A program made the translations under genes and the position numbers. Source: Chiloscyllium plagiosum (taxonomy: Eukaryota). From it: a stretch of 37,500 nucleotides of DNA. The first letter of the stretch is position 1; each line of letters starts with the position of its first letter. The notes beneath the pieces are model-generated. The model was not told where the DNA came from and did not search any database. It saw only the letters and a program-made list of their open reading frames with translations. The DNA is taken from assembly GCF_004010195.1 (NCBI RefSeq), contig NW_025213932.1:1-37500 (forward strand), written 5' to 3'. This document shows, in pieces, positions 10,751-22,229 of the stretch.

Positions 10751-10960
10751 CACTGTTTCAGCTGGAAGATAAAACCCACGGTGCTGGAAAAACTCAACAA
10801 CTCCGACAGCAGCTGTGGAGAGAAACACAGAGTTAGTGTTTCGAGTTGTTTGGATCACTGTTTCAGCTGGAAGATAAAACCCACGGTGCTGGAAAAACTC
10901 AACAACTCCGACAGCAGCTGTGGAGAGAAACACAGAGTTAGTGTTTCGAGTTGTTTGGAT
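10751..10960. repeat. Exact 105-bp tandem duplication
   Basis: 10751-10855 is repeated at 10856-10960; copy 2 has a single unit at about 19823-19927. Confidence 0.92.
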
Positions 10961-12345
10961 CTGAACAGCGGTGGAAATGTGAAGGTTTTATGCTGTTTAA
11001 AAATTGGGAAGTGTTAATGCAACAAAAGGGAAGGTTGGAGAAATGTTAGAGGCTGACAGGGATTCAACATCCAACGTGTCACAGAACAGAGGAATGATAA
11101 TTTCCTGATGAAGCATCAATTCTCCTGCGGCTTGGATGCTGCCTGAGCTGCTGTGCTTTTTCAGCACCACACTCTCAAAGTGAAAAAAACAAACCAGGGG
11201 AGGTGTTCATGGGAGAATTAGAATCAGCTCTGACTGAAAGCAAATACATGAGAACATAATACAGCCACTGGAGGAACAATATCCTCAATGGAAGACAGAG
11301 TTCCTGATTGGATTGTTAGACTCAGTGTTCAGTGCAGGAGCTGTCAGGTGCCTAAATGGAAAATGAGGTGCTGTTTTCCCATTTGTGTTGGGCTTCACTG
11401 GAAACAGTGTCAGGCCTAGGGCAGGAACGTGAGTGTGAGAGGATAGTGGGGTTTTGAAATGACAAACAGCCGAAATTTCAGGGTCATGCTTGTGAACTGA
11501 GCAGAAGTACTCTGCTAAGCAGGTACACAGTCTCCCAGTGTGGAGGTGATGGACTGAGATCAGTGATTACAGTAGACTGGGTTAAAAGATGTTCAGGGGA
11601 ATAGCTGCTTCACCTGGAAGAAATATTTGGTACCTTGGATAGTGAGGAAAGAAGAGGTAGAAAGGGAGATGTTACACGTATGAGAAACCATGGGAGAGAG
11701 ACAAGGTATTGGGGATGTTAACAGAGTGGACCAGGGAGAGAACAATCTCTTTAGGATGCAGATCAGGGAGTCAAGGGGGAGATGTGTTTGGTTGTTTGGT
11801 CGTGGAGCTGGTGGAAATGACGGAGGAAGATCCTTGAATCTTTGGAGTGGATCATGAGGACACAGTGCAACCTGTTGTTATTCTGGGAGGGAAAGGAAGG
11901 GGACAGTGTAGAAATGTCTGAAATGGGTTAGACAATGTGACGGCCCTGTTATCTCTGTGGGGAGGGGGTTGATCCTTGGTTGAGGGAAAAGTAAGACATT
12001 TTGGATGCACCAGAGTGGAAGGTGTCATATACAGATGTGATAGGGAAACTGGAAGCAGGGTGAGAGGTTATCTATTCAAGGTAGATGTGTGAATCTGTGA
12101 ACTTGTGATAGATATTAGTAAACAGGATAATCCCAGAAATGGAGATGGAGAAGTCAAGGAAGAGAAGGGAAGAATCAGAGATTGTCAGATGAAGGTGAGG
12201 GAAAGGTGGAAATTGGAGGCAAAATTGATGACTGTTTCCAGTGCTGGACCAGGGCAAGAAATGGCACCAATACAGTTATTGACAAACCGGAGAAAGAGTT
12301 GTGGAAGGGGGGCCTGAGTTGGACTGGAACAAAGAATGTTCCAGA
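10765..12345 (-). mobile_element. Degenerate Penelope-like element (RT thumb and GIY-YIG)
   Basis: ORF 12072..12257 reads SDSSLLFLDFSISISG...NIYHKFTDSHIYLE. A degenerate GIY-YIG (VKQLFP*TSFNPVYC...LAEYFCSVHKHDP) lies at about 11480-11615. Confidence 0.75.
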
Positions 12346-12408
12346 TTCCCCAGAAAAAGACAGGCCTCACTCAGTACTTATACCTTCCCTGCTGTCATTT
12401 TAATTCAC

Positions 12409-13293
12409 GATGTGGTGGCGCCAGTGTTTTAACTGGAATGGACAAAGTCAAAAATCGCACAACACCAGGTTATAGTCCAACAGGTTTATTTGAAACCACA
12501 AGCTTTCAGAGCTCCTGCTGCTGCTCCTTCCTCAGGAAGCTCGTGAGAGAGAATACATTGGACACAGAATTTATAATTAAAGGTCAATGGTTTGTACAAT
12601 TTATATGAATGTATTAATAGCCATCTTGCTTTTTTTAAGTCTTTAATCAGTTAGAATGGAGGTGCAGGTTTCGATTGATTAATATGTAAATCCCTGCCCC
12701 AAGCTAACCTCTGGTTTTATCAGAACAGAGGTGACACCTTTGGTCAGATAATGCATTTTAGGTGTGATGCCATGTTTCAAATCTATTTGTATCTCATCCT
12801 GAAGCCAGACGGGTTTTATTCCCAAAGTGGGAATTTATAAATCAATGGGGTGAGTGTGCATTTGCAGCTTTGCATTTGTTTTGTTTTGTTCAAAAAGTGC
12901 ACAATCTATAGACACTCGGTTAATGTGGCACTTTATAAATTCCTACTTTGGGAATAAAACCTTGAAAGACTTGAAACGTGGCATCACACCTAAAATGCAT
13001 TGTCTGACCGAAGGTGTCACCTTTATTCTGATAAAGCCGAAAGTTATCTTGAGGCAGGGATTTACATATTAATTAATCGAAACCTGCAGATCCACTCTAA
13101 TGGATTAAAGAGTTAATAGCCATCTAGGTTTGTTCAATACATTCACATAATTTGTCTGACCCTTTGATTTTTTACTATAAATCCTGTGTCCCATGTATTC
13201 TCTCTCATTAGCTGCCTGAGGAAGGAGTGGGGGCTCTGAAAGCTTGTGGTTTCAAATAAACCTATTGCACTCTAACCTGGCGTTGTGTGATTT
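12409..13293. mobile_element. Large foldback (palindromic) element, Penelope-terminus-like, with arms of about 390 bp
   Basis: 12450-12840 is an inverted match to 12932-13293, e.g. caacaccaggttatag/ctctaacctggcgttg, taatatgtaaatccctgcc/ggcagggatttacatatta, and aatgcattttaggtgtgatgcca/tggcatcacacctaaaatgcatt. Confidence 0.85.
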
Positions 13294-13923
13294 AAAAATT
13301 TTAATTCATGACATTCCTGTTACAGTTCTCCCTGTATTGAATCAGGAATCAAGACAATTCATGGATTTTATGTGCCATTTCCTGATCTTTACGTTCTCTT
13401 ATCTTTTTTTGAAAGGACCTGATGGTTATTTAAGGAGTTTGTATCTTTGTGGTAAAATGAAAATTTCAAATCTTAATGTGCAAAATCGCATCTGTTATCC
13501 TCTGACTCCCCTACGACTCCCAGTTCTGGTGACATTTTGTCACCTGGTGCCTCAGTGTCATGTTCAGAAACATTCCCCTCGAGTGAATGACACACACACT
13601 GATTTATTTCTGTTACATTTTTATTGAAGCTCAGGTTTTTTAGTATATATAAAACTAATTGAGCTACAATGGCTCAGGAGCGATATTTTCTTTTTTATCA
13701 GGATATTCTTTTCCCACATTTCTTCAACCAGTTTGAGAAAATTTCTGATGTTTAAATTCAGTTTTCCATCTCCCACTTCATCCTCCGTGTTACACAAACC
13801 ATCTACACAGTAAAACCCCAACAGTACATGAGGCACAACACAGTTTATTAATCAAATACTGAAAGATAGTAAATTAAATTATTTTTCCAAATACTCATGA
13901 TAATATTTTTTGTATCTTTGTAG

Positions 13924-13956
13924 GACTAAAACTTCAGAAAACATTCATAGAATGTG
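13924..13956 (+). CDS. Butyrophilin-like protein, 33-bp cytoplasmic exon (copy 1)
   Basis: tttttgtatctttgtag|GACTAAAACTTCAGAAAACATTCATAGAATGTG|gtaaga; phase 1-1; encodes GLKLQKTFIEC; conserved in copy 2. Confidence 0.8.
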
Positions 13957-14106
13957 GTAAGAATTTATTATTAAAATGTTCACAAGACATAAGAAACGTG
14001 GATTTTGGAATGATTACAAGTATAATTGAACATGTTACATTTTAAACCTTTGATTATCAGTTGTTAACATATTTCGATGATGTGACTAATACAATGTGAG
14101 ACTAAG

Positions 14107-14832
14107 TATGTAAGTTAGCTCACTGAGCTGGAAGGTTTGTTTTCAGACGTTCTGTCACCATGACTAGGTAACATCATCAGTGAGAGTCTCTGGTGAAGCG
14201 CTGGTGGTATGTCCCGCCTCTATTTATAGCTCTTGGTTTCTTAAGGTGGGTGATGTCATTTCCGGTTCTTTTTTTCAAGGGAAGGTGGATGGGACCTCAG
14301 TCAATGTGTTTATTGATGGAGTTCTGGTTAGAATGCCATGCCTCTAAGAATTCTCGTGCGTGTCTTTGTTTTGCCTGTCCTAGGATGTGTGTGTTGTCCC
14401 AGTCAAAGTGGTATCCTTCTTTGTCAGTATGTATGGAAACTAATGATAGAGGTTGTGTCTTTTGGTGGCCAGTTGGTGTTCATGTATCCTGGTGGCAAGT
14501 TTCCTGCTAGTTTGTCCTATGTAGTGTTTTTACAGTTCTTGCATGGTATCTTGTAAATGACATTAGCTTTGCTGGCGGTATCTAATGGATCCTTTAGGTT
14601 CATTAGTTGCTGCTTAAGTGTTTTGGTAGGTTTGTGGGTTACCATGATGCCAAGGGGTCTGAGTAGTCTGGAAGTCATTTCTGGTATGTCTTTGATGTGA
14701 GGTAATGTAGCGATAGATTTTGATTGCATCGTGTCTGCTAGTTTGGGTTTGTTTCTGAGGAATCAGTGGATTGTGTTTATTGGGTACCCGTTACATACTT
14801 ATCATCAACCTGAGCTTCAAATCTTCTCAAAC
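14107..14832 (-). mobile_element. Penelope-like element 3' part (GIY-YIG endonuclease and terminus)
   Basis: ORF 14517..14729 reads LPHIKDIPEMTSRLLRPLGI...ANVIYKIPCKNC. Confidence 0.88.
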
Positions 14833-15344
14833 ATCGCTAACAACGTGAGGCTCTTCACTTTAAGATACTCACTCAGGTTTAGTTTATTTTGACCCAATGA
14901 TTACAGGAAAAACAATTATGACTTATTTGAAAATGTTTTATACTGAAAGAGTAGTTTATTTTTATCTATAAATTAATTGAAATTAGACATGGATTGAAAA
15001 TGATCATGGAAGAAAATTTACAGAATTAATGTGTAAAAGGAAAATGAGAAATTAATTTTAAAAGATTTCTATTATTTGAATTCCAGCAAATAAATGCTTC
15101 AACAATATTTACATCAGAATGCACAAACATATTTCCAATAATGAGTATCTTGTGTGATTGAGGTAATACATGAACCTACATCTGAGATTGAAAACATAGT
15201 GTACCCTGATCACAATCAATATCGGAACAAACTGAATTCTAAGGATGTAAAGTTTTGTCAGAGATTTCTTTGAAACAAAGTATATCCAAAAGATATTTTG
15301 AAATGTGATTATTTATTTCAATCTGTTTCAATTTATTTTCAATT

Positions 15345-16447
15345 GACATGTCAATTGTGGATTTCAGCAAAACTTTTGACAAGGAAGACAGATCAAGATG
15401 GTAAAAGCACATGGGATCCAGGGTAACTTGGCATAATGGACCCAAAATTAGTTGGAGGAGAGAAAGGGTGATGATAGAAGGCTGTTCACGTGACTGGGGG
15501 CTGCTGTCCAGTGGTGTACAACTGGGTCAGTACTGTGTCCATTATTGTTTGTGATTTATGTAAATAATACAGATGAGAATGTTGGGGGTTTGTGGGGGTG
15601 CTGATGCGAAGTAAGTTTGCAGATGATACAAAGATTGGTTAATATTGAAGAAGAAAGGTTTCAGTTTACAGGAGGATATAGAGGTGTTGAGCAGATGAGC
15701 AGATCATTGGCAGAGGGGATTTAATCCTGAAAAGTGTGAGCTGTTGCATTTCAGAAGAAGCAACAAGGCAAGGGAGTACTCACTGAATAGTGAGCACTCG
15801 GAAGCTGAGAGGAACAGAGGGATCTTAGGGAGCTGGTTCACAGATCCCTGAAGACAGCGGGGCAGGTTAATAGGGTGATTAAGGCAGCACATGGGACACT
15901 TATCTTCAACAATTGTAGCATAAATTGTAAGAGCAGGGAGGTCACGTTGAAGCTGTACATGACTGGTTAGGATACTGTATGCAGTTCTGGTCAGCTCACC
16001 ATCGGAAGGATGTGAGTGCCCTGGAGTGGGTACAGAGGAGATTCACCAGGTTGGTGTCTGGGATTGAGCATTGCAGCTATGAAGAGAGGCTGGGTAGGTT
16101 TGTGTCGTCCTCTTCAAAACAGAAAAGGCTGAGGTGGGGACCTGTTAGAGATGTATAAGGTGATGAGGGCACAGGCAGGGTGGGAGGGAAACAGTTCCCC
16201 TTAGTTGAAGGGTCAATAACAAGGGGAATAATTTTAGGTGAGGGGCGGTAGGTTTTCGGTGTCTTTGAGGAAGTCCCTTTTCACCAGAGGATGATGGGAA
16301 TCTGGGATACACTGCCTGGGAGGGCAGGAGAGGGGGATCCTCACAACCTTTAAAAACTATGTCACAACATTCAAGGCTATGGGCCAAGAGCTGGAATGTG
16401 GGATCAGTGTAGATAGGATGGTGCAGAATCCATAGGCTGAAAGGACT
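15345..16447 (+). mobile_element. Degenerate CR1 LINE 3' region
   Basis: Remnants of DFSKTFDK, SKFADDTKIG, FNPEKCE and YCMQFWS. Confidence 0.85.
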
Positions 16448-16534
16448 GTGTTACTCAATAACCAATACATGGACTACATTTACTTTTTTCTGCAGTATTT
16501 CCATTCCCCCAGGGCCTGTGACAGTTTACAGTGT

Positions 16535-16858
16535 GTGGTGGCTCTGTGGCTAGCACTGCGGCCTCACAGCATCAGGGACCCTTGGGTGACTGTGTGAAGT
16601 TTGTATGTTCTCCCAGCATCTGCAGGTTTTGTCTGGGTGCTCCAATTTCCTCCTAAAGTCCAAAGATGTACACTTTTTAGATGGATTAGCTAATCTAAAT
16701 TGCTCATAGTATCCAGGGATGTGCAGTCTCAGGAGATTAACTGTGGGAAATGCAGGGTTACAGGGAGAGGATGAGGTGGTGGGTCTGGGTGGAATGCTCT
16801 ACACGGAGTTGGAGTGGACGCAGATGGCCTGCTTTCACACCAGAGGGACTCTATGGTT
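16535..16858 (+). mobile_element. Older HE1-like SINE
   Basis: Head gtggtggctctgtggctagcactgcggcctcacagcatcagggaccc. Confidence 0.7.
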
Positions 16859-16949
16859 CAACGATTGAAAGTGCATTTGGCTGGGAAATGCTTGATTCTC
16901 ACCTTGTGGCTTGATTTATTTTGTATTTCTTGAGAAGAACATTTATTTT

Positions 16950-17505
16950 GAGTTTTGAGAAGATTTGCAGCTCAGGTTGAGGTTCTGCATGTAGGTTTGC
17001 TCACTGAGCTGGGAGGCTCATTTCCAGACATTCCATCACCATACTCGGTAATATCTTCAGTGGGCCTCAGCCGAAGCAGTGTGCATGATTCCTACTTTCT
17101 ATTCATATGTTTGGGTTTCTTTGGGTTGGTGATGTCATTTCCTGTAGTGATGTCATTTCCTTTTCTTTTTCTCAGGGTGGTAGATGGGGTCTCAACTCGA
17201 TGTGTTTGTTGATAGAGTTCCGGTTGGAATGCCAAGCTTCTAGGAATTCTCGTGCGTGTCTCTGTTTAGCTTGTCCTAAGATGGATGTGTTGTCCCAGTC
17301 GAACTGGTGTCCTCTTTTATCCATATGTAAGGATACTAGTGAGAGAGGGTCATGTCGTTTTGTGGCTAGTTGATGTTCATTTATCCTGGTGGTTACTTTT
17401 CTGCCTGTTTGCCCAATGTAGTGTTTGTTACAGTTCTTGCACGGTATTTTGTAAATGACATTAGTTTTGCTTGTTATCTGTATAGGGTCGTTCAAGTTCA
17501 TTAGT
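16950..17505 (-). mobile_element. Penelope-like element 3' end (GIY-YIG)
   Basis: ORF 17172..17501 reads NVIYKIPCKNCNKHYIGQTGRKVTTRINEH...REFLEAWHS. Confidence 0.92.
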
Positions 17506-17539
17506 CAGATAAGTTTTTAATCTTTACTCACTGATGCAC

Positions 17540-18000
17540 AGACACAGTACAACAAGCCATAGATATTACACTGCAACAAACACAAAAAATGAAGAAACTA
17601 GACAAACACAAACTGACAACACAGAAGCACAGATAAAAAACTTATCTGACTGATCCCTAACAGACACTGAAAAAGCCGTCTTAGTAAGAGGATTAAAGAA
17701 CAACTGCCAGGATGTGGACAAGAAAGATTTCTTAGCAGCGTTAGAAACAACACTAAAAGACAACCAACTCACAGAAGGAACCCAACAAACCATCAGACAG
17801 GTAGTCGCACCAACATTAAGCAGAAAAAAGGAAGGAGACACACTCAATACACAAGAAAGGAAAGCACTGGAAAGACTAAAAATAGATAACAACATTGTTA
17901 TCCTACCTGCAGACAAAGGACACTTGACAGCCATTCTAAATCGAAGAGACTACATTGAAAAAGGGAACGCACTACTTACAGATACCAACACTAACCAACA
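17540..18000 (+). mobile_element. Penelope-like element, region N-terminal to RT, truncated by the gap
   Basis: KNLSD*SLTDTEKAVLVRGL and NIVILPADKG...DYIEK (the DKG motif of PLE RT). Confidence 0.88.
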
Positions 18001-18500
18001 NNNNNNNNNNNNNNNNNNNNNNNNNNNNNNNNNNNNNNNNNNNNNNNNNNNNNNNNNNNNNNNNNNNNNNNNNNNNNNNNNNNNNNNNNNNNNNNNNNNN
18101 NNNNNNNNNNNNNNNNNNNNNNNNNNNNNNNNNNNNNNNNNNNNNNNNNNNNNNNNNNNNNNNNNNNNNNNNNNNNNNNNNNNNNNNNNNNNNNNNNNNN
18201 NNNNNNNNNNNNNNNNNNNNNNNNNNNNNNNNNNNNNNNNNNNNNNNNNNNNNNNNNNNNNNNNNNNNNNNNNNNNNNNNNNNNNNNNNNNNNNNNNNNN
18301 NNNNNNNNNNNNNNNNNNNNNNNNNNNNNNNNNNNNNNNNNNNNNNNNNNNNNNNNNNNNNNNNNNNNNNNNNNNNNNNNNNNNNNNNNNNNNNNNNNNN
18401 NNNNNNNNNNNNNNNNNNNNNNNNNNNNNNNNNNNNNNNNNNNNNNNNNNNNNNNNNNNNNNNNNNNNNNNNNNNNNNNNNNNNNNNNNNNNNNNNNNNN
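18001..18500. other. Assembly gap (500 N)
   Basis: The run of N has a round length, so the true size is probably unknown. Confidence 0.99.
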
Positions 18501-18653
18501 CCAGCATTCACAGTATTTTGCTTTTGTTTGACACTTTTGAGACACCTTCCCAGACAGTGAGGTCAAGTTAGGTTAGATTGTTGGCCCGAGTTCTGGAATA
18601 CAAATGTAGAGATGGACTTAAATTATTTATTCATAAAATAATTTATTTTCAGA

Positions 18654-19003
18654 GATCATAGATTCCCTACAGTGTGAAAATGGGTCATTTGGCCCAACAA
18701 GTCCACACTGACCCTCCGAAGAGTAACCCACCCAGACCCATTCCCTGACCCTATTTTTCTACATTTACCCCTGACTAATGCATCTGACCTACACATCCCT
18801 GAACATTGTGGGAAATTTAGCATGGCCAAATCACCTAATTCACCTTTGGATTGTGGGAGGAAACTGGAGTCCCAGAAGGAAACCTATGCAGACATGGGGA
18901 GAATGTGCAAACTCCACACAAAGAGTCACCCGAGACTGAATTCAAAGCTGGGTTCCTGGCGCTGTAAGGCAGCAGTGCTAACCACTGAGCCACTGTACTG
19001 CCG
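18654..19003 (-). mobile_element. HE1-like SINE (paralog of 9279-9627)
   Basis: Same flanks, head and tail as the copy-1 element. Confidence 0.88.
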
Positions 19004-19305
19004 ATTTGATTTTCACATGTTATGCTAATGTCAATGTTAAATTCCTTGCCCTTATAGAGCAACCTATAACAATCATCAGTAGCAGTGATTGAAATGAGCA
19101 GGGGCTCCACCCTCAATTCGTTATTTAATAACTTCAGTGTTGGTGTTCCTGGATATCCCAGTGGATCCCACTGATATTATATCAGGAGATTCCTGGAAGG
19201 ACTCTGCACATCTCATGCACAGTCACAAAGAATAAAGATTTTGTAATAATAATGCACATGCTGCAGAAAATACAGTTGTCTAACTCTGTGGCATTGACTT
19301 TACAG

Positions 19306-19425
19306 ATAAGATCTTCCCTGGTGCCCCTGACTGGCTGGCACCATTGCTCGTGACCATCCTTTGTGTAACTGTTGGCATTGCTGCTGTGATTTACTGGAGT
19401 GTGAAACACCATCGACTCATTAAAG
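19306..19425 (+). CDS. Butyrophilin-like protein, transmembrane exon (copy 2)
   Basis: gactttacag|AT...AAAG|gtacag; 120 bp; encodes DKIFPGAPDWLAPLLVTILCVTVGIAAVIYWSVKHHRLIK. Confidence 0.88.
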
Positions 19426-19836
19426 GTACAGTCTCAGTGTAACACTGACTAAGGACAATGAAGGTACAAGCCTGGAAATCCACGGGGGATTTCCCAGTCT
19501 CTGTCAGTTAAGCTGTGAGACATAAACAACCCAGTGGAATTTCAGGATCACAGCATTACTCCAGTACAATGTGTGTGTTTCAGTGTTAAATGTTTGGGGA
19601 ATGGTGGTGTGAAGACCTGGTCACATTGACATGAAGAACAAAGGAATAAATGTGATTCCCAGTCTCCAGCCGAATAGGAAACGCTCCTTTAATAATTCTT
19701 AATCAGATGCTCCTGTTGAATATTAAATTATTACATTGTCCTTGTGAATAAGCGTAACATTATTTTGAGCAAATGTGAAACAGAAATAATCCAGGACAGC
19801 ACCAACAAATGGAGCAGCATTTCACTGTTTCAGCTG

Positions 19837-21290
19837 GAAGATAAAACCCACGGTGCTGGAAAATCTCAACAACTCTGACAGCAGCTGAGGAGAGAAACAC
19901 AGAGTTAGTGTTTCGAGTTGTTTGGAACTGAACAGAGGTGGAAATGTGAAGGTTTTTATGCTGTTTAAAAATTGGGAAGTGTTGATGCAACAAAAGGGAA
20001 GGTTGGAGAAATGTTAGAGCGTGACAGGGATTCAACATCCAAGGTGTCACAGAACAGAGAAGAGGAATGATGATGGTTAGAGTGAAAGACAAACCAGGGG
20101 AGATGTTCATGGGAGAATTAGAGTCAGCTCTGACTGAAAGCAAATACATGAAACCATAATACAGCCACTGGAGGAACAATATCCTCAATGGAAGACAGTT
20201 CCTGATTGGATCGTTAAACTCAGTGTTCAGTGCAGGAGCTGTCAGGTGCCTAAATGGAAAATGAGGTGCTGTTTTTCCCGTTGTTTTGGGCTTCACTGGT
20301 AACATCATTAGGCCTAGGGCAGGAATGTGAGCAATGAGAGGATGATGGAGTCTCTCAATGACAACCTGTTGAAATCTCAGGGTCGTGCTTGTGGACTGAG
20401 CAGAGGTACTCTGCTCAGCAGGTACCCACTCTCCCAGTGTGGAGGTGATGGACTGAGATCAATGAATACAGTAGACTGGGTTAAAAAACGTTCAGGGGAG
20501 TAGCTGCTTCACCTGGAAGGAGTTTTTGGTACCTTGGATAGTGAGGAAAGGAGACGTAGAAAGAGAGATGTTACACGTATGAGAAACCATGGGAGACAGT
20601 CAAGGTATTGGGGATGATAACAGAGTGGACCAGGGAGAGAACAATCCCTTTAGGATGCAGATCAGGGAGTCAAAGGGAAGACGCGTTTGGTCGTGACATC
20701 ATGTTGGAGCTGGTGGAAATAGTGGAGGAAGATCTTTGAATACAGAGGCTCATGGAATGGATCATGAGGACACAGTGCAACCTGGTGGTAGTCTGGGAGG
20801 GAGGGGAAGGAGACAATGTAGAAATGAGTGAAATGGGTTAGACACTGTGAAGGGCCCTTGTTAGCTCAGTGGAGATGCGGTTGATCCTCAGTTGAGGGAA
20901 AAGTAAGACACTTTGGATGCCCCATAATGGAAGATGTCATCATCTGTACAGATGTGATAGGGAAACTGGGAATATGAAATGGAATTCTTCCAGAAAGCAG
21001 GGTGAGAGGTTGTGCTTTCAAGGTAGATGTGTAAATCTGTGAACTTGTGATAGATATTAGTAAACAGGATAATCCCAGAAATGGAGATGGAGAAGACAAG
21101 GAAGGGAAGGGAAGAGAAGAATCAGAGATTGTCAGATGAAGGTGAGAGAAAGATGGAAATTGGAGGCAAAGTTGCTGACTGTTTCCAGTGCTGGACCAGG
21201 TCAAGAAATGGCACCAATGCAGTTATTAACAAACCGAAGAAAGAGTTGTGGAAGGGGACCTGAGTCGGACTCGAACAAAGAATGTTCCAG
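19837..21290 (-). mobile_element. Degenerate Penelope-like element (paralog of 10765-12345)
   Basis: Colinear with copy 1; ORF 20866..21204 contains HLTISDSSLPF. Confidence 0.75.
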
Positions 21291-21354
21291 ATTCCCCAGA
21301 AAAAGACAGGCCTCACTCAGTACTTATACCTTCCCTGCTGTCATTTTAATTCAT

Positions 21355-22229
21355 GATGTGGAGGAGCCAGTGTTGGACTCAGGTGGACAAAGTCAAAAAT
21401 CACATGACACCAGGTCCAACAGAGCCCCTGTTCTTTCCTCAGGCAGCTCGTGAGGGAGAATACATCGGACACAGGATGTATAGTAAAAGATCAAAGGGTC
21501 TTGCAATATACACGCATGTATTGAACAAAAGCAGACTGCTATTAAACTCTTTAATCAGTTAGAATGGAGGAGCAGGTTTCGATTGATTAATATGTAAATC
21601 CCTGCCCCAAGATAACTTCCGGTTTTATCAGAACAGAGATGACACCTTTGGTCAGACAATGCATTTTAGGTGTGATGCCATGTTTCAAATCTATTTGTAT
21701 CTCATCCTGAAGCCAGACGGGTTTTATTTGCAATATGGGAATTTATAAATCAATGGGGTGAGTGTGCATTTGTAGCTTTGAATTTGCAGATACATTCTGT
21801 TTTGTTCAAAAAGTGCACAATCTGTGGACACTCAGTTAATGTGGCAATTTATAAACTCCTACTTTGGAAATAAAACCCGTCTGGCTCCAGGGTGAGATAC
21901 AAACAGACTTGAAACACAGTGTCACACCTAAAATGCATTGTCTGACCGAAGGTGTCACCTTTATTCTGATAAAACCTAAAGTTATTTTGGGGCAGGGATT
22001 TACATATTAATCAATTGACACCTGCAGATCCACTCTAACTCATAAAGAGTTATCATCTAGGTTTATTCAATACATTCACATAAATTGTATGACCCCTTGA
22101 ACTTTAACGTTAAATCCTGTATCTGATGTACTCTCTCTCACTCGCTGCCTGAGGAAGGAATGGGAGCTCTGAAAGCTCGAGATTTCAAACAAACCTGTTG
22201 GACTATAACCTGGCGTTGTGTGATTTTTG
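21355..22229. mobile_element. Large foldback element (paralog of 12409-13293)
   Basis: Inverted arms at about 21395-21749 and 21849-22229. Confidence 0.85.

Larger units (their letters stand above)
9124..16930 (+). repeat. Segmental duplication copy 1 (TM and 33-bp exon block)
   Basis: Colinear with 18501-27650 from ccagcattcacagtattttg to caccttgtggcttgatttatttt. Confidence 0.95.

Noticed and set aside
13416..13424. Possible micro-exon after the polypyrimidine tract (aag|GACCTGATG)
   Set aside because: The donor is weak and differs between copies (gttatt vs g-gtgttt), and the adjacent sequence is inverted.
13702..13813. Strong acceptor ttttcttttttatcag as an extra or terminal exon (also at 24441)
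   Set aside because: A 1-nt indel between the copies changes the frame (copy 1 stops within about 11 codons), and no conserved donor was found.
17714..18571. ORFs spanning the N run
   Set aside because: They are artefacts of translating through the gap.
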